From Escherichia coli (GTDB taxonomy: Bacteria; Pseudomonadota; Gammaproteobacteria; Enterobacterales; Enterobacteriaceae), in NCBI RefSeq assembly GCF_003334335.1, contig NZ_QOWQ01000033.1: a stretch of DNA of 53,508 bases. The stretch is one strand, 5' to 3'. Under the pieces are notes generated by a model that saw nothing but the letters and a program-made list of their open reading frames with translations, was not told the DNA's origin and did not search any database. Positions 31,615-44,660 of the stretch are shown here, piece by piece; the first letter of the stretch is position 1, and each line of letters begins with the position of its first letter. Both the position numbers and the translations under genes were made by a program.

Positions 31615-34600
31615 ACATATTCACGCTTTCCCTCGGTCTGGCCGTCATGCCGATGGTCGAGGCAGCACCAACCGCTCAGCAACAGTTGCTGGAGCAAGTT
31701 CGGTTAGGCGAAGCGACCCATCGTGAAGATCTGGTGCAACAGTCGTTATATCGGCTGGAACTTATTGATCCGAATAACCCGGACGTCGTTGCCGCCCGTT
31801 TCCGTTCTTTGTTACGTCAGGGCGATATTGATGGCGCGCAAAAACAGCTCGATCGGCTGTCGCAGTTAGCGCCGAGTTCAAATGCGTATAAATCGTCGCG
31901 GACTACGATGCTACTTTCCACGCCGGATGGTCGTCAGGCACTGCAACAGGCACGATTGCAGGCGACGACCGGTCATGCAGAAGAAGCTGTGGCGAGTTAC
32001 AACAAACTGTTCAACGGTGCGCCGCCGGAAGGTGACATTGCTGTCGAGTACTGGAGTACGGTGGCGAAAATTCCGGCTCGCCGTGGCGAAGCGATTAATC
32101 AGTTAAAACGCATCAATGCGGATGCACCGGGCAATACGGGCCTGCAAAACAATCTGGCGCTATTGCTGTTTAGTAGCGATCGCCGTGACGAAGGTTTTGC
32201 CGTCCTGGAACAGATGGCAAAATCGAACGCCGGGCGCGAAGGGGCCTCTAAAATCTGGTACGGGCAGATTAAAGACATGCCCGTCAGTGATGCCAGTGTG
32301 TCGGCGCTGAAAAAATATCTCTCGATCTTTAGTGATGGCGATAGCGTGGCGGCTGCGCAATCGCAACTGGCAGAACAGCAAAAACAGCTGGCCGATCCTG
32401 CTTTCCGCGCTCGTGCGCAAGGTTTAGCGGCGGTGGACTCTGGTATGGCGGGTAAAGCCATTCCCGAACTACAACAGGCGGTGCGGGCGAACCCGAAAGA
32501 CAGTGAAGCTCTGGGGGCGCTGGGCCAGGCGTATTCTCAGAAAGGCGATCGCGCCAATGCAGTGGCGAATCTGGAAAAAGCCCTCGCACTGGACCCGCAC
32601 AGCAGCAACAACGACAAATGGAACAGTCTGCTGAAAGTAAACCGCTACTGGCTGGCGATCCAGCAGGGCGATGCTGCGCTGAAAGCCAATAATCCTGACC
32701 GGGCAGAACGCCTGTTCCAGCAGGCGCGTAATGTCGATAACACCGACAGTTATGCCGTGCTGGGGCTGGGCGATGTGGCGATGGCGCGAAAAGATTATCC
32801 CGCCGCCGAACGTTATTATCAGCAGACCTTGCGTATGGACAGCGGCAACACTAACGCCGTGCGCGGGCTGGCAAATATTTACCGCCAGCAATCGCCAGAA
32901 AAAGCTGAAGCGTTTATCGCCTCGCTCTCTGCCAGTCAGCGGCGTAGCATTGATGATATCGAACGCAGCCTGCAAAACGACCGTCTGGCACAGCAGGCAG
33001 AGGCACTGGAAAACCAGGGCAAATGGGCGCAGGCGGCAGCACTTCAGCGGCAACGACTGGCGCTGGACCCCGGCAGCGTATGGATTACTTACCGACTTTC
33101 GCAGGATCTCTGGCAGGCCGGACAACGCAGCCAGGCCGATACGTTAATGCGCAATCTGGCGCAGCAGAAGTCGAACGACCCGGAGCAGGTTTACGCTTAC
33201 GGGCTGTACCTCTCTGGTCATGACCAGGACAGAGCGGCGCTGGCGCATATCAACAGCCTGCCGCGTGCGCAGTGGAACAGCAATATTCAGGAGCTGGTTA
33301 ATCGACTGCAAAGCGATCAGGTGCTGGAAACCGCTAACCGCCTGCGAGAAAGCGGCAAAGAGGCAGAAGCGGAAGCGATGCTGCGCCAGCAACCACCTTC
33401 CACGCGTATTGACCTCACGCTGGCTGACTGGGCGCAACAACGACGTGATTACACCGCCGCCCGCGCTGCATATCAGAATGTCCTGACGCGGGAGCCAGCT
33501 AACGCCGACGCCATTCTTGGTCTGACGGAAGTGGATATTGCTGCCGGTGACAAAGCGGCGGCACGTAGCCAGCTGGCGAAACTGCCCGCTACCGATAACG
33601 CCTCGCTGAACACACAGCGGCGCGTGGCGCTGGCACAGGCGCAGCTTGGCGATACCGCAGCAGCGCAGCGGACGTTTAATAAGTTGATCCCGCAGGCAAA
33701 ATCTCAGCCACCGTCGATGGAAAGCGCGATGGTGCTGCGTGATGGTGCGAAGTTTGAAGCGCAGGCGGGCGATCCAACGCAGGCGCTGGAAACCTACAAA
33801 GACGCCATGGTCGCATCCGGTGTGACTACGACGCGTCCGCAGGATAACGACACCTTTACCCGACTGACCCGTAACGACGAGAAAGATGACTGGCTGAAAC
33901 GTGGCGTGCGCAGCGATGCGGCGGACCTCTATCGCCAGCAGGATCTTAACGTCACCCTTGAGCACGATTACTGGGGTTCGAGCGGCACCGGTGGTTACTC
34001 CGATCTGAAAGCGCACACTACCATGTTGCAGGTGGATGCGCCGTATTCTGACGGGCGGATGTTCTTTCGCAGTGATTTCGTCAATATGAACGTCGGCAGT
34101 TTCTCCACTAATGCCGATGGCAAATGGGATGACAACTGGGGCACCTGTACATTACAGGACTGTAGCGGCAACCGCAGCCAGTCGGATTCCGGTGCCAGCG
34201 TGGCGGTCGGCTGGCGAAATGACGTCTGGAGCTGGGATATCGGTACCACGCCGATGGGCTTCAACGTGGTGGATGTGGTCGGCGGCATCAGTTACAGCGA
34301 TGATATCGGGCCGCTGGGTTACACCGTTAACGCCCACCGTCGGCCCATCTCCAGTTCTTTGCTGGCCTTTGGTGGGCAAAAAGACTCCCCGAGCAATACC
34401 GGGAAAAAATGGGGTGGCGTACGTGCCGACGGTGTGGGGCTAAGTCTGAGCTACGATAAAGGTGAAGCAAACGGCGTCTGGGCATCGCTTAGTGGCGACC
34501 AGTTAACCGGTAAAAATGTCGAAGATAACTGGCGCGTGCGCTGGATGACGGGCTATTACTATAAGGTCATTAACCAGAACAATCGCCGCGTCACAATCGG

Positions 34601-35069
34601 CCTGAACAACATGATCTGGCATTACGACAAAGATCTGAGTGGCTACTCACTCGGTCAGGGCGGTTACTACAGTCCGCAGGAATACCTGTCGTTTGCCATA
34701 CCGGTGATGTGGCGGGAGCGCACGGAAAACTGGTCGTGGGAGCTGGGTGCGTCTGGCTCGTGGTCGCATTCACGCACCAAAACCATGCCGCGTTATCCGC
34801 TGATGAATCTGATCCCGACCGACTGGCAGGAAGAAGCTGCGCGGCAATCCAACGATGGCGGCAGCAGTCAGGGCTTCGGCTACACGGCGCGGGCATTACT
34901 TGAACGACGTGTTACTTCCAACTGGTTTGTTGGCACGGCAATTGATATCCAGCAGGCGAAAGATTACGCACCCAGCCATTTCCTGCTCTACGTACGTTAT
35001 TCCGCCGCCGGATGGCAGGGTGACATGGATTTACCGCCGCAGCCGCTGATACCTTACGCCGACTGGTAA
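31596..35069 (+). CDS. bcsC: cellulose synthase outer-membrane subunit BcsC (TPR repeats + C-terminal beta-barrel)
   Basis: 1157 aa; signal peptide, long Ala/Leu/Gln-rich TPR region, Gly/Tyr/Trp-rich C-terminal barrel; start overlaps the bcsZ 3' end by 19 bp. Confidence 0.95.
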   Translation: MRKFTLNIFTLSLGLAVMPMVEAAPTAQQQLLEQVRLGEATHREDLVQQSLYRLELIDPNNPDVVAARFRSLLRQGDIDGAQKQLDRLSQLAPSSNAYKSSRTTMLLSTPDGRQALQQARLQATTGHAEEAVASYNKLFNGAPPEGDIAVEYWSTVAKIPARRGEAINQLKRINADAPGNTGLQNNLALLLFSSDRRDEGFAVLEQMAKSNAGREGASKIWYGQIKDMPVSDASVSALKKYLSIFSDGDSVAAAQSQLAEQQKQLADPAFRARAQGLAAVDSGMAGKAIPELQQAVRANPKDSEALGALGQAYSQKGDRANAVANLEKALALDPHSSNNDKWNSLLKVNRYWLAIQQGDAALKANNPDRAERLFQQARNVDNTDSYAVLGLGDVAMARKDYPAAERYYQQTLRMDSGNTNAVRGLANIYRQQSPEKAEAFIASLSASQRRSIDDIERSLQNDRLAQQAEALENQGKWAQAAALQRQRLALDPGSVWITYRLSQDLWQAGQRSQADTLMRNLAQQKSNDPEQVYAYGLYLSGHDQDRAALAHINSLPRAQWNSNIQELVNRLQSDQVLETANRLRESGKEAEAEAMLRQQPPSTRIDLTLADWAQQRRDYTAARAAYQNVLTREPANADAILGLTEVDIAAGDKAAARSQLAKLPATDNASLNTQRRVALAQAQLGDTAAAQRTFNKLIPQAKSQPPSMESAMVLRDGAKFEAQAGDPTQALETYKDAMVASGVTTTRPQDNDTFTRLTRNDEKDDWLKRGVRSDAADLYRQQDLNVTLEHDYWGSSGTGGYSDLKAHTTMLQVDAPYSDGRMFFRSDFVNMNVGSFSTNADGKWDDNWGTCTLQDCSGNRSQSDSGASVAVGWRNDVWSWDIGTTPMGFNVVDVVGGISYSDDIGPLGYTVNAHRRPISSSLLAFGGQKDSPSNTGKKWGGVRADGVGLSLSYDKGEANGVWASLSGDQLTGKNVEDNWRVRWMTGYYYKVINQNNRRVTIGLNNMIWHYDKDLSGYSLGQGGYYSPQEYLSFAIPVMWRERTENWSWELGASGSWSHSRTKTMPRYPLMNLIPTDWQEEAARQSNDGGSSQGFGYTARALLERRVTSNWFVGTAIDIQQAKDYAPSHFLLYVRYSAAGWQGDMDLPPQPLIPYADW

Positions 35070-35150
35070 GTTTTCAGATAGCGCCTCTCTTAATGCCGCT
35101 GCGATCGGGTATACTCGGGCGGCAATCTGGGATTTCCGGGGGGAGACAAT

Positions 35151-37139
35151 TTGCGCGTAAGTCGCTCGTTAACAATCAAGCAGATGGCAATGGTGGCAGC
35201 CGTTGTCCTGGTGTTCGTTTTTATTTTTTGCACCGTTTTGCTGTTCCATCTGGTCCAGCAGAATCGCTATAACACGGCTACGCAACTGGAAAGCATTGCT
35301 CGCTCTGTCCGCGAACCCTTATCTTCAGCTATTTTGAAAGGCGATATTCCCGAAGCGGAAGCTATTCTTGCCAGCATTAAACCGGCAGGCGTGGTCAGCC
35401 GTGCCGATGTAGTGCTGCCTAACCAGTTCCAGGCGCTGCGTAAAAGTTTTATTCCAGAGCGCCCGGTGCCGGTAATGGTTACTCGCCTGTTTGAGCTACC
35501 GGTTCAAATCTCGCTGGGCGTTTACTCGCTCGAACGTCCGGCAAACCCGCAGCCAATTGCCTATCTGGTACTACAGGCGGATTCCTTCCGTATGTATAAG
35601 TTCGTGATGAGCACCCTCTCAACGTTAGTGACCATTTACTTACTTTTGTCGCTTATCCTGACCGTCGCCATCAGCTGGTGCATTAACCGCCTGATTTTGC
35701 ATCCGTTACGCAATATTGCTCGCGAACTTAACGCCATCCCAGCCAAGGAGCTTGTTGGTCACCAACTGGCATTACCGCGTCTGCATCAGGACGATGAAAT
35801 CGGTATGTTGGTGCGCAGTTACAACCTCAACCAGCAATTGCTGCAGCGCCATTATGAAGAACAGAACGAAAATGCGATGCGCTTCCCGGTGTCGGATTTG
35901 CCGAACAAAGCCTTGCTGATGGAGATGCTGGAGCAGGTTGTCGCGCGTAAACAAACCACCGCGCTGATGATCATCACCTGTGAAACCCTGCGTGATACTG
36001 CGGGCGTGCTGAAAGAGGCGCAACGAGAAATTCTGCTGCTGACGCTGGTGGAAAAACTCAAATCGGTACTGTCGCCACGTATGATCCTCGCGCAGATTAG
36101 CGGTTATGACTTTGCTGTCATTGCCAACGGTGTACAGGAACCGTGGCACGCAATCACCTTAGGTCAGCAAGTGCTCACTATCATGAGCGAGCGCCTGCCG
36201 ATTGAACGTATTCAACTCCGTCCGCACTGTAGCATTGGCGTGGCGATGTTCTACGGCGATCTCACCGCCGAACAGCTTTACAGTCGCGCTATTTCTGCGG
36301 CATTTACCGCTCGCCATAAAGGCAAGAATCAGATTCAGTTCTTTGATCCGCAGCAGATGGAAGCCGCCCAGAAGCGGTTGACGGAAGAGAGCGATATCCT
36401 TAATGCACTGGAAAATCATCAGTTTGCTATTTGGTTACAGCCACAGGTCGAGATGACCAGCGGTAAACTGGTCAGTGCGGAAGTGTTACTGCGTATCCAG
36501 CAACCGGATGGCAGTTGGGACCTGCCGGATGGCTTAATCGATCGCATTGAGTGCTGTGGGCTGATGGTTACCGTCGGTCACTGGGTGCTGGAAGAGTCCT
36601 GTCGATTGCTTGCAGCCTGGCAAGAGCGCGGCATTATGCTGCCCTTGTCGGTAAACCTCTCTGCGCTGCAACTGATGCACCCGAATATGGTGGCGGATAT
36701 GCTGGAACTGTTAACCCGCTATCGCATTCAGCCGGGAACACTGATTCTGGAAGTGACAGAAAGCCGACGTATTGACGACCCTCATGCTGCGGTGGCAATC
36801 CTCCGTCCGCTGCGCAATGCCGGAGTTCGGGTGGCGCTGGATGATTTCGGCATGGGCTACGCAGGGCTGCGTCAGCTGCAGCATATGAAATCGTTGCCAA
36901 TCGACGTACTGAAAATCGACAAAATGTTTGTTGAAGGCTTGCCGGGAGATAGCAGCATGATTGCTGCAATTATCATGCTGGCGCAGAGCCTGAACTTACA
37001 AATGATTGCCGAAGGCGTGGAGACTGAAGCACAACGCGACTGGCTGGCAAAAGCGGGCGTTGGTATTGCCCAGGGCTTCCTTTTTGCTCGCCCACTCCCT
37101 ATTGAAATCTTCGAAGAGAGTTACCTGGAAGAAAAGTAG
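35151..37139 (+). CDS. pdeK: c-di-GMP phosphodiesterase PdeK (membrane sensor, degenerate GGDEF + EAL)
   Basis: N-terminal TM/periplasmic region, degenerate GGDEF position (SGYDF), EAL domain (EVLLR...[10 protein letters not shown]); the listed start is TTG, alternative ATG at 35184. Confidence 0.9.
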
Positions 37140-37285
37140 CTACCCCAAACTGATTACAAAACTTTAAAAAGTGCTGGTTTGTGCGAGCCAGCTCAAACTT
37201 TTTAACCTTTTTGTTTCAATTATGATCCAGGTACATTTCTGTGATGTTGTCTGGGTGTTATTTTAAGGCCGCAGGTACCCCATAA

Positions 37286-38608
<1,323 letters not shown>

Positions 38609-38622
38609 TCTCATCACTTATG

Positions 38623-38654
38623 CCCGCACTCCCTTCCCCGAGTGCGGGTGTTTG
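38623..38654 (+). terminator. rho-independent terminator of dctA
   Basis: CCCGCACTC-ccttcccc-GAGTGCGGG followed by TGTTTG. Confidence 0.7.
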
Positions 38655-38828
38655 CGCATAATTGACCCCTGTGCCTGAACTTACCACCTGGGTGAGTTCA
38701 GGTTTATTTCACTTCTTCCGTGACATTTTCATGTTCTTGCGGTCTAACACGAAGTGTTTTTAACGTCATTTAGACTGACCGACAACGGGCAGTTTTTTTA
38801 TTACCAGGATAGTTGATCAGGGGTTCAC

Positions 38829-40325
38829 ATGCAGGGCACAAAAATTCGACTTTTAGCGGGCGGTTTGCTGATGATGGCCACTGCTGGCTATGTGCAGGCA
38901 GATGCGCTCCAGCCTGATCCAGCATGGCAACAGGGGACGCTTTCCAACGGTTTACAGTGGCAAGTGCTGACCACCCCCCAGCGTCCCAGCGATCGTGTTG
39001 AAATTCGCCTGCTGGTTAATACCGGTTCGCTCGCCGAAAGTACACAACAGAGCGGTTACAGTCACGCCATCCCTCGTATTGCGCTAACGCAAAGCGGTGG
39101 CCTTGACGCAGCACAGGCGCGTTCATTGTGGCAGCAGGGGATCGACCCTAAACGCCCGATGCCGCCGGTAATTGTCTCTTATGACACCACGCTGTTTAAT
39201 CTGAGTTTGCCCAATAACCGTAACGATTTGCTGAAAGAAGCGCTCTCTTATCTGGCAAATGCCACTGGCAAATTGACCATCACACCAGAAACCATCAACC
39301 ACGCGCTGCAAAGTCAGGACATGGTGGCAACCTGGCCTGCCGATACTAAAGAGGGCTGGTGGCGCTATCGTCTGAAAGGGTCAACCTTGTTAGGTCACGA
39401 TCCTGCCGATCCGCTGAAACAACCCGTTGAAGCGGAAAAAATTAAAGATTTCTATCAGAAATGGTACACCCCGGATGCAATGACGCTACTGGTGGTGGGA
39501 AACGTGGATGCGCGCTCGGTTGTCGACCAAATAAACAAAACGTTTGGCGAACTGAAAGGCAAACGTGAAACGCCAGCTCCGGTGCCGACGCTTTCTCCGC
39601 TGCGTGCGGAAGCGGTGAGTATTATGACTGACGCGGTGCGTCAGGACCGGTTATCTATCATGTGGGATACGCCGTGGCAGCCGATTCGTGAATCAGCCGC
39701 ACTGCTGCGCTACTGGCGTGCGGACCTGGCCCGCGAGGCGCTGTTCTGGCATGTTCAGCAAGCGTTAAGTGCCAGTAACAGCAAAGACATCGGTCTTGGA
39801 TTTGACTGCCGTGTGCTGTATCTGCGTGCGCAGTGTGCCATCAACATCGAATCACCAAACGACAAGCTGAACAGCAACCTTAATCTGGTGGCGCGTGAAC
39901 TGGCGAAGGTTCGCGATAAAGGTCTGCCGGAAGAAGAGTTCAATGCGTTAGTGGCGCAAAAGAAACTGGAGCTGCAGAAACTGTTTGCCGCCTATGCACG
40001 AGCTGATACCGATATTCTGATGGGTCAGCGGATGCGTTCGTTGCAAAATCAGGTTGTCGATATCGCGCCGGAGCAATATCAGAAACTGCGGCAGGATTTC
40101 CTTAATAGCCTGACGGTAGAGATGTTAAATCAGGATCTGCGTCAACAGTTGTCGAATGATATGGCGTTAATACTGCTGCAGCCGAAAGGCGAGCCGGAAT
40201 TTAACATGAAAGCGTTGCAGGCGGTCTGGGATCAAATCATGGCCCCATCTACCGCCGCTGCGACCACCTCTGTCGCCACGGATGACGTACATCCTGAAGT
40301 GACGGATATTCCACCTGCACAGTAA
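38829..40325 (+). CDS. yhjJ: periplasmic M16-like (pitrilysin family) putative zinc peptidase YhjJ
   Basis: 498 aa with signal peptide; recognised as YhjJ. Confidence 0.88.
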   Translation: MQGTKIRLLAGGLLMMATAGYVQADALQPDPAWQQGTLSNGLQWQVLTTPQRPSDRVEIRLLVNTGSLAESTQQSGYSHAIPRIALTQSGGLDAAQARSLWQQGIDPKRPMPPVIVSYDTTLFNLSLPNNRNDLLKEALSYLANATGKLTITPETINHALQSQDMVATWPADTKEGWWRYRLKGSTLLGHDPADPLKQPVEAEKIKDFYQKWYTPDAMTLLVVGNVDARSVVDQINKTFGELKGKRETPAPVPTLSPLRAEAVSIMTDAVRQDRLSIMWDTPWQPIRESAALLRYWRADLAREALFWHVQQALSASNSKDIGLGFDCRVLYLRAQCAINIESPNDKLNSNLNLVARELAKVRDKGLPEEEFNALVAQKKLELQKLFAAYARADTDILMGQRMRSLQNQVVDIAPEQYQKLRQDFLNSLTVEMLNQDLRQQLSNDMALILLQPKGEPEFNMKALQAVWDQIMAPSTAAATTSVATDDVHPEVTDIPPAQ

Positions 40326-40420
40326 TGCCTGATGGTGATGAGTTAGCACAACCATCAGGTATTTATGGATGAGCTGGATAGAGGGGTAACACTTTATCCA
40401 GCCTTTTGCATATGCTGCGT

Positions 40421-41350
40421 TTACGCTGGCATCGCCTCACGCGGGATAATCGCGCCGCGATACTGAATAACGGTACTTGCGGTCAGGTGCCCACGTTTCG
40501 CCGCGTCTTCCGCGCTGCCGCCTGTCAGACGTACCGCCAGATAACCGGCACTGAAAGAGTCGCCAGCTGCGGTGGTATCGATCACTTTTTCTTTCGGCAG
40601 TTTCACCGCCGGAACATCCACTAACCCTTCGCCAGCAATGGACACCAGGCAAGAATCCGCCCCGCGTTTCACCACCACTTCTTTCACGCCCGCGTTATGG
40701 GTGCGCGCAATGACGTCTTCCACCGGCTGTTGACCCCACAGCGCGTCTTCGTCGTCCAGCGTCAGGAAGGCGATATCCGTGCATTCCAGCATTTGTTGGT
40801 ACACCTGCTGTGTCTCTTCTTTGCTGGCCCACAGGCGCGGACGATAGTTATTGTCGAAAATCACTTTTCCGCCGTTGGCGCGGCATTCGCGCAGCAGGGA
40901 AAGCAGCTTTTCGCGGCTGGTCGGGCTTAAGATCGCCAGGCTAATCCCGCTCAGGTAGAGATAATCGAAATTCGCCAGCTCTTCGCAAATCGCCGCAGAC
41001 TGCTCACTCTCCAGCCAGAATTTGGCGGCGGCTTCGTTCCGCCAGTAGTAGAACGTACGCTCGCCGGTGCTGTCGGTTTCAATGTAGTAAAGGCCCGGCA
41101 GACGGTTTTCCATCCGTTGGGTCAGGGAAGTATCAACGTTCTCGCCGTGCCAGGCGTCCAGCATCTGCTGGCTAAAACTGTCCGTTCCCAGCGCCGTTAC
41201 GTAATGAACGGTTAATGCCGCAGGATCGACCTGACGGGCGATATAGACGGAAGTGTTCAGGGTATCGCCGCCGAAACCGCGCTTAACGTCCGCGCCTTTC
41301 TCGGAAAGCTCAATCATGCATTCGCCAATCACGGCAATCTTTTTGGACAT
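40421..41350 (-). CDS. kdgK: 2-dehydro-3-deoxygluconokinase KdgK (PfkB family, 309 aa)
   Basis: MSKKIAVIGECMIELSEKGADVKRGFGGDTLNTSVY...; PfkB motif DTTAAGDSF; ATG at 41350, the long upstream extension to 41698 rejected. Confidence 0.93.
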   Translation of the reverse strand: MSKKIAVIGECMIELSEKGADVKRGFGGDTLNTSVYIARQVDPAALTVHYVTALGTDSFSQQMLDAWHGENVDTSLTQRMENRLPGLYYIETDSTGERTFYYWRNEAAAKFWLESEQSAAICEELANFDYLYLSGISLAILSPTSREKLLSLLRECRANGGKVIFDNNYRPRLWASKEETQQVYQQMLECTDIAFLTLDDEDALWGQQPVEDVIARTHNAGVKEVVVKRGADSCLVSIAGEGLVDVPAVKLPKEKVIDTTAAGDSFSAGYLAVRLTGGSAEDAAKRGHLTASTVIQYRGAIIPREAMPA

Positions 41351-41415
41351 AGTCGTGAACCTGATCTGTAAAAAATTAGCGTTAGTTTGCGCTGTGGTGG
41401 TTTGCTGGTCAACCA

Positions 41416-41437
41416 TATTAAAACAGTGTTCCATTAT
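41416..41437. promoter_or_regulatory. putative KdgR operator upstream of kdgK
   Basis: TTAAAACAGTGTTCCATTA resembles the KdgR consensus (AAATGAAACA-N-TGTTTCATTT half-sites), about 70 bp upstream of the kdgK start. Confidence 0.4.
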
Positions 41438-41506
41438 TTTTTTGAGCCAGAACGTATTCCTGAAAGATTCCGTTGTGGAGTGAGGAAATTTACCCCGGCC
41501 AGGCGG

Positions 41507-41533
41507 TAAAGTTCTGCCCTTACGCGCCGATAA
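41507..41533 (+). promoter_or_regulatory. sigma-28 (FliA) class 3 flagellar promoter of pdeH
   Basis: TAAA-N15-GCCGATAA exact consensus (TAAAgttctgcccttacgcGCCGATAA), about 50 bp upstream of the pdeH ATG. Confidence 0.8.
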
Positions 41534-41581
41534 TCTTTGTCGAGTCCGGGCAGCATCACTTTTAAACACAGGACATCTTTG

Positions 41582-42349
41582 ATGATAAGGCAGGTTATCC
41601 AGCGAATAAGCAACCCTGAAGCAAGCATCGAGAGCTTGCAGGAACGGCGTTTTTGGTTGCAGTGTGAGCGTGCTTACACCTGGCAGCCGATCTATCAAAC
41701 ATGCGGGCGGTTAATGGCCGTGGAGCTATTAACGGTGGTCACGCATCCCTTGAACCCTTCGCAACGCCTGCCGCCGGATCGCTATTTTACTGAAATCACC
41801 GTCAGCCATCGGATGGAGGTTGTGAAAGAGCAGATTGATTTGCTGGCGCAAAAAGCCGACTTCTTTATAGAGCACGGCCTGCTGGCATCGGTCAATATTG
41901 ATGGCCCTACGCTCATCGCCCTGCGTCAGCAACCAAAAATCCTGCGCCAGATTGAGCGTCTTCCCTGGCTGCGTTTCGAACTGGTGGAGCATATCCGTCT
42001 GCCGAAAGATTCAACCTTTGCCTCGATGTGTGAATTTGGCCCGCTGTGGCTGGATGATTTTGGTACCGGGATGGCAAATTTCTCTGCGCTAAGTGAAGTG
42101 CGTTATGACTACATCAAAATCGCGCGAGAACTGTTTGTGATGCTGCGTCAGTCGCCGGAAGGACGCACACTCTTTTCTCAGCTTTTACATCTAATGAATC
42201 GCTATTGTCGCGGGGTGATTGTCGAGGGCGTAGAAACGCCGGAAGAGTGGCGTGATGTTCAGAACTCGCCCGCATTCGCCGCACAAGGCTGGTTTCTTTC
42301 ACGCCCGGCACCGATAGAAACGCTGAATACGGCGGTTCTGGCGCTATAA
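41582..42349 (+). CDS. pdeH: c-di-GMP phosphodiesterase PdeH (EAL-only, 255 aa)
   Basis: MIRQVIQRISNPEASIESLQERRFWLQCE...; EAL-type ELL motif in MAVELLTVV; DDFGTGMANF. Confidence 0.93.
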   Translation: MIRQVIQRISNPEASIESLQERRFWLQCERAYTWQPIYQTCGRLMAVELLTVVTHPLNPSQRLPPDRYFTEITVSHRMEVVKEQIDLLAQKADFFIEHGLLASVNIDGPTLIALRQQPKILRQIERLPWLRFELVEHIRLPKDSTFASMCEFGPLWLDDFGTGMANFSALSEVRYDYIKIARELFVMLRQSPEGRTLFSQLLHLMNRYCRGVIVEGVETPEEWRDVQNSPAFAAQGWFLSRPAPIETLNTAVLAL

Positions 42350-42418
42350 GCTGCCTCATTTTCCGCCTGGCTGGACTATCTTTAGGACTGGCACAGGAAG
42401 AATATGAGGAAGCGAACG

Positions 42419-44479
42419 ATGAGCAAGGCAGGCAAAATAACCGCTGCGATTTCAGGGGCTTTCTTGTTGTTGATTGTCGTGGCGATCATTTTGATTGCAA
42501 CTTTTGACTGGAATCGACTCAAACCGACTATCAACCAGAAAGTCTCTGCGGAGTTGAATCGTCCGTTCGCTATCCGTGGCGATCTGGGCGTGGTGTGGGA
42601 GCGGCAAAAACAAGAAACTGGCTGGCGCAGCTGGGTGCCGTGGCCCCATGTACACGCGGAAGACATCATTCTTGGCAATCCACCGGATATTCCCGAAGTC
42701 ACGATGGTGCATTTGCCACGCGTAGAGGCAACGCTGGCCCCGCTGGCGCTGCTGACCAAAACGGTCTGGCTGCCGTGGATCAAGCTCGAAAAGCCCGACG
42801 CGCGCCTGATTCGCCTCTCTGAAAAGAACAATAACTGGACGTTTAATCTTGCCAACGATGATAACAAAGACGCGAATGCAAAGCCGTCGGCATGGTCGTT
42901 TCGGCTGGATAATATTCTTTTCGATCAAGGGCGGATCGCCATTGATGACAAAGTAAGCAAAGCGGATCTGGAGATTTTTGTTGATCCCTTAGGCAAGCCG
43001 CTGCCGTTCAGCGAAGTTACTGGATCGAAAGGTAAAGCGGATAAAGAAAAGGTGGGCGATTACGTTTTTGGCCTGAAGGCGCAGGGACGATATAACGGTG
43101 AACCGCTCACGGGTACGGGAAAAATAGGCGGTATGCTGGCGCTGCGTGGCGAAGGGACGCCGTTTCCGGTACAGGCTGATTTCCGCTCTGGTAACACCCG
43201 TGTTGCTTTTGATGGCGTCGTGAATGACCCAATGAAGATGGGCGGTGTCGATTTACGGCTTAAATTTTCTGGCGATTCACTGGGTGATCTCTATGAACTG
43301 ACGGGCGTTCTGCTGCCCGATACCCCGCCGTTTGAAACGGATGGTCGGCTGGTAGCGAAAATCGACACTGAAAAATCGTCGGTCTTTGATTATCGCGGTT
43401 TTAATGGGCGAATTGGTGATAGCGATATCCACGGTTCTCTGGTCTACACCACCGGAAAGCCACGACCAAAACTGGAAGGTGATGTCGAGTCGCGGCAATT
43501 GCGGCTGGCGGACCTGGGACCGTTGATTGGCGTTGATTCCGGGAAAGGGGCAGAAAAGTCGAAACGGTCTGAACAGAAGAAGGGCGAAAAAAGCGTTCAG
43601 CCTGCGGGCAAAGTGCTGCCTTATGACCGCTTCGAAACCGATAAATGGGACGTTATGGATGCCGATGTTCGCTTCAAAGGGCGGCGCATTGAGCATGGCA
43701 GTAGCCTGCCGATTAGCGATCTTTCTACTCATATCATCCTCAAAAATGCTGACCTGCGCCTGCAACCGCTGAAATTTGGCATGGCGGGCGGCAGCATTGC
43801 GGCGAATATTCATCTGGAAGGCGATAAAAAGCCGATGCAGGGGCGGGCAGATATTCAGGCTCGTCGACTGAAACTGAAAGAACTGATGCCCGATGTGGAA
43901 CTGATGCAGAAGACGCTGGGGGAAATGAACGGTGACGCGGAACTACGCGGTAGCGGTAACTCGGTGGCGGCACTTTTAGGCAACAGTAACGGCAACCTGA
44001 AACTGTTGATGAATGACGGGCTGGTGAGCCGCAACCTGATGGAGATTGTTGGGCTGAATGTCGGCAACTACATTGTCGGTGCGATATTTGGTGATGATGA
44101 GGTGCGGGTGAACTGCGCGGCGGCGAATCTGAATATTGCCAACGGCGTGGCGCGCCCGCAGATTTTTGCTTTCGATACTGAGAACGCGTTGATTAATGTT
44201 ACCGGCACGGCAAGTTTTGCTTCGGAACAGCTGGATTTGACTATTGATCCGGAGAGTAAAGGAATTCGGATTATCACACTGCGTTCGCCGCTGTATGTGC
44301 GGGGGACGTTTAAAAATCCGCAGGCTGGGGTGAAAGCCGGACCGCTGATTGCCCGTGGTGCTGTTGCTGCGGCACTGGCAACGCTGGTAACACCGGCGGC
44401 GGCGTTACTGGCACTGATCTCACCTTCCGAAGGGGAGGCTAATCAGTGTCGGACGATTTTGTCGCAGATGAAGAAGTGA
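42419..44479 (+). CDS. yhjG: AsmA-family envelope protein YhjG
   Basis: 686 aa with N-terminal TM anchor (MSKAGKITAAISGAFLLLIVVAIILIATF), large periplasmic domain. Confidence 0.9.
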   Translation: MSKAGKITAAISGAFLLLIVVAIILIATFDWNRLKPTINQKVSAELNRPFAIRGDLGVVWERQKQETGWRSWVPWPHVHAEDIILGNPPDIPEVTMVHLPRVEATLAPLALLTKTVWLPWIKLEKPDARLIRLSEKNNNWTFNLANDDNKDANAKPSAWSFRLDNILFDQGRIAIDDKVSKADLEIFVDPLGKPLPFSEVTGSKGKADKEKVGDYVFGLKAQGRYNGEPLTGTGKIGGMLALRGEGTPFPVQADFRSGNTRVAFDGVVNDPMKMGGVDLRLKFSGDSLGDLYELTGVLLPDTPPFETDGRLVAKIDTEKSSVFDYRGFNGRIGDSDIHGSLVYTTGKPRPKLEGDVESRQLRLADLGPLIGVDSGKGAEKSKRSEQKKGEKSVQPAGKVLPYDRFETDKWDVMDADVRFKGRRIEHGSSLPISDLSTHIILKNADLRLQPLKFGMAGGSIAANIHLEGDKKPMQGRADIQARRLKLKELMPDVELMQKTLGEMNGDAELRGSGNSVAALLGNSNGNLKLLMNDGLVSRNLMEIVGLNVGNYIVGAIFGDDEVRVNCAAANLNIANGVARPQIFAFDTENALINVTGTASFASEQLDLTIDPESKGIRIITLRSPLYVRGTFKNPQAGVKAGPLIARGAVAAALATLVTPAAALLALISPSEGEANQCRTILSQMKK

Positions 44480-44485
44480 TGATAA

Positions 44486-44510
44486 TTGCCGGATGTCTGA
44501 CATCCGGCAA
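44486..44510 (+). terminator. perfect hairpin after yhjG between convergent genes (possible bidirectional terminator)
   Basis: TTGCCGGATGT-ctg-ACATCCGGCAA, 7 bp after the yhjG stop; no strong T-run. Confidence 0.4.
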
Positions 44511-44550
44511 TTAAACAGATTTAGATTGTTGGCAAAGTGTGCTTTGTTCA

Positions 44551-44648
44551 TGCCGGATGCGGCGTGAACGCCTTATCCGGCCTACAAATCCTTGCGAATT
44601 CAATATATTGTATGGAAATTCAGGCCTGATAAGCGTAGCGCATCAGGC
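44551..44648. repeat. REP elements (pair) between yhjG and yhjE
   Basis: TGCCGGATGCGGCGTGAACGCCTTATCCGGCCTAC and AGGCCTGATAAGCGTAGCGCATCAGGC. Confidence 0.8.
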
Positions 44649-44660
44649 TTTTCACTCTTA

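Noticed and set aside
33144-34016. 290-aa minus-strand ORF (and neighbouring 218-aa ORF 32469..33125)
   Set aside because: Antisense to the bcsC TPR region; Arg-rich shadow ORFs produced by the Ala/Leu/Gln-rich sense frame.
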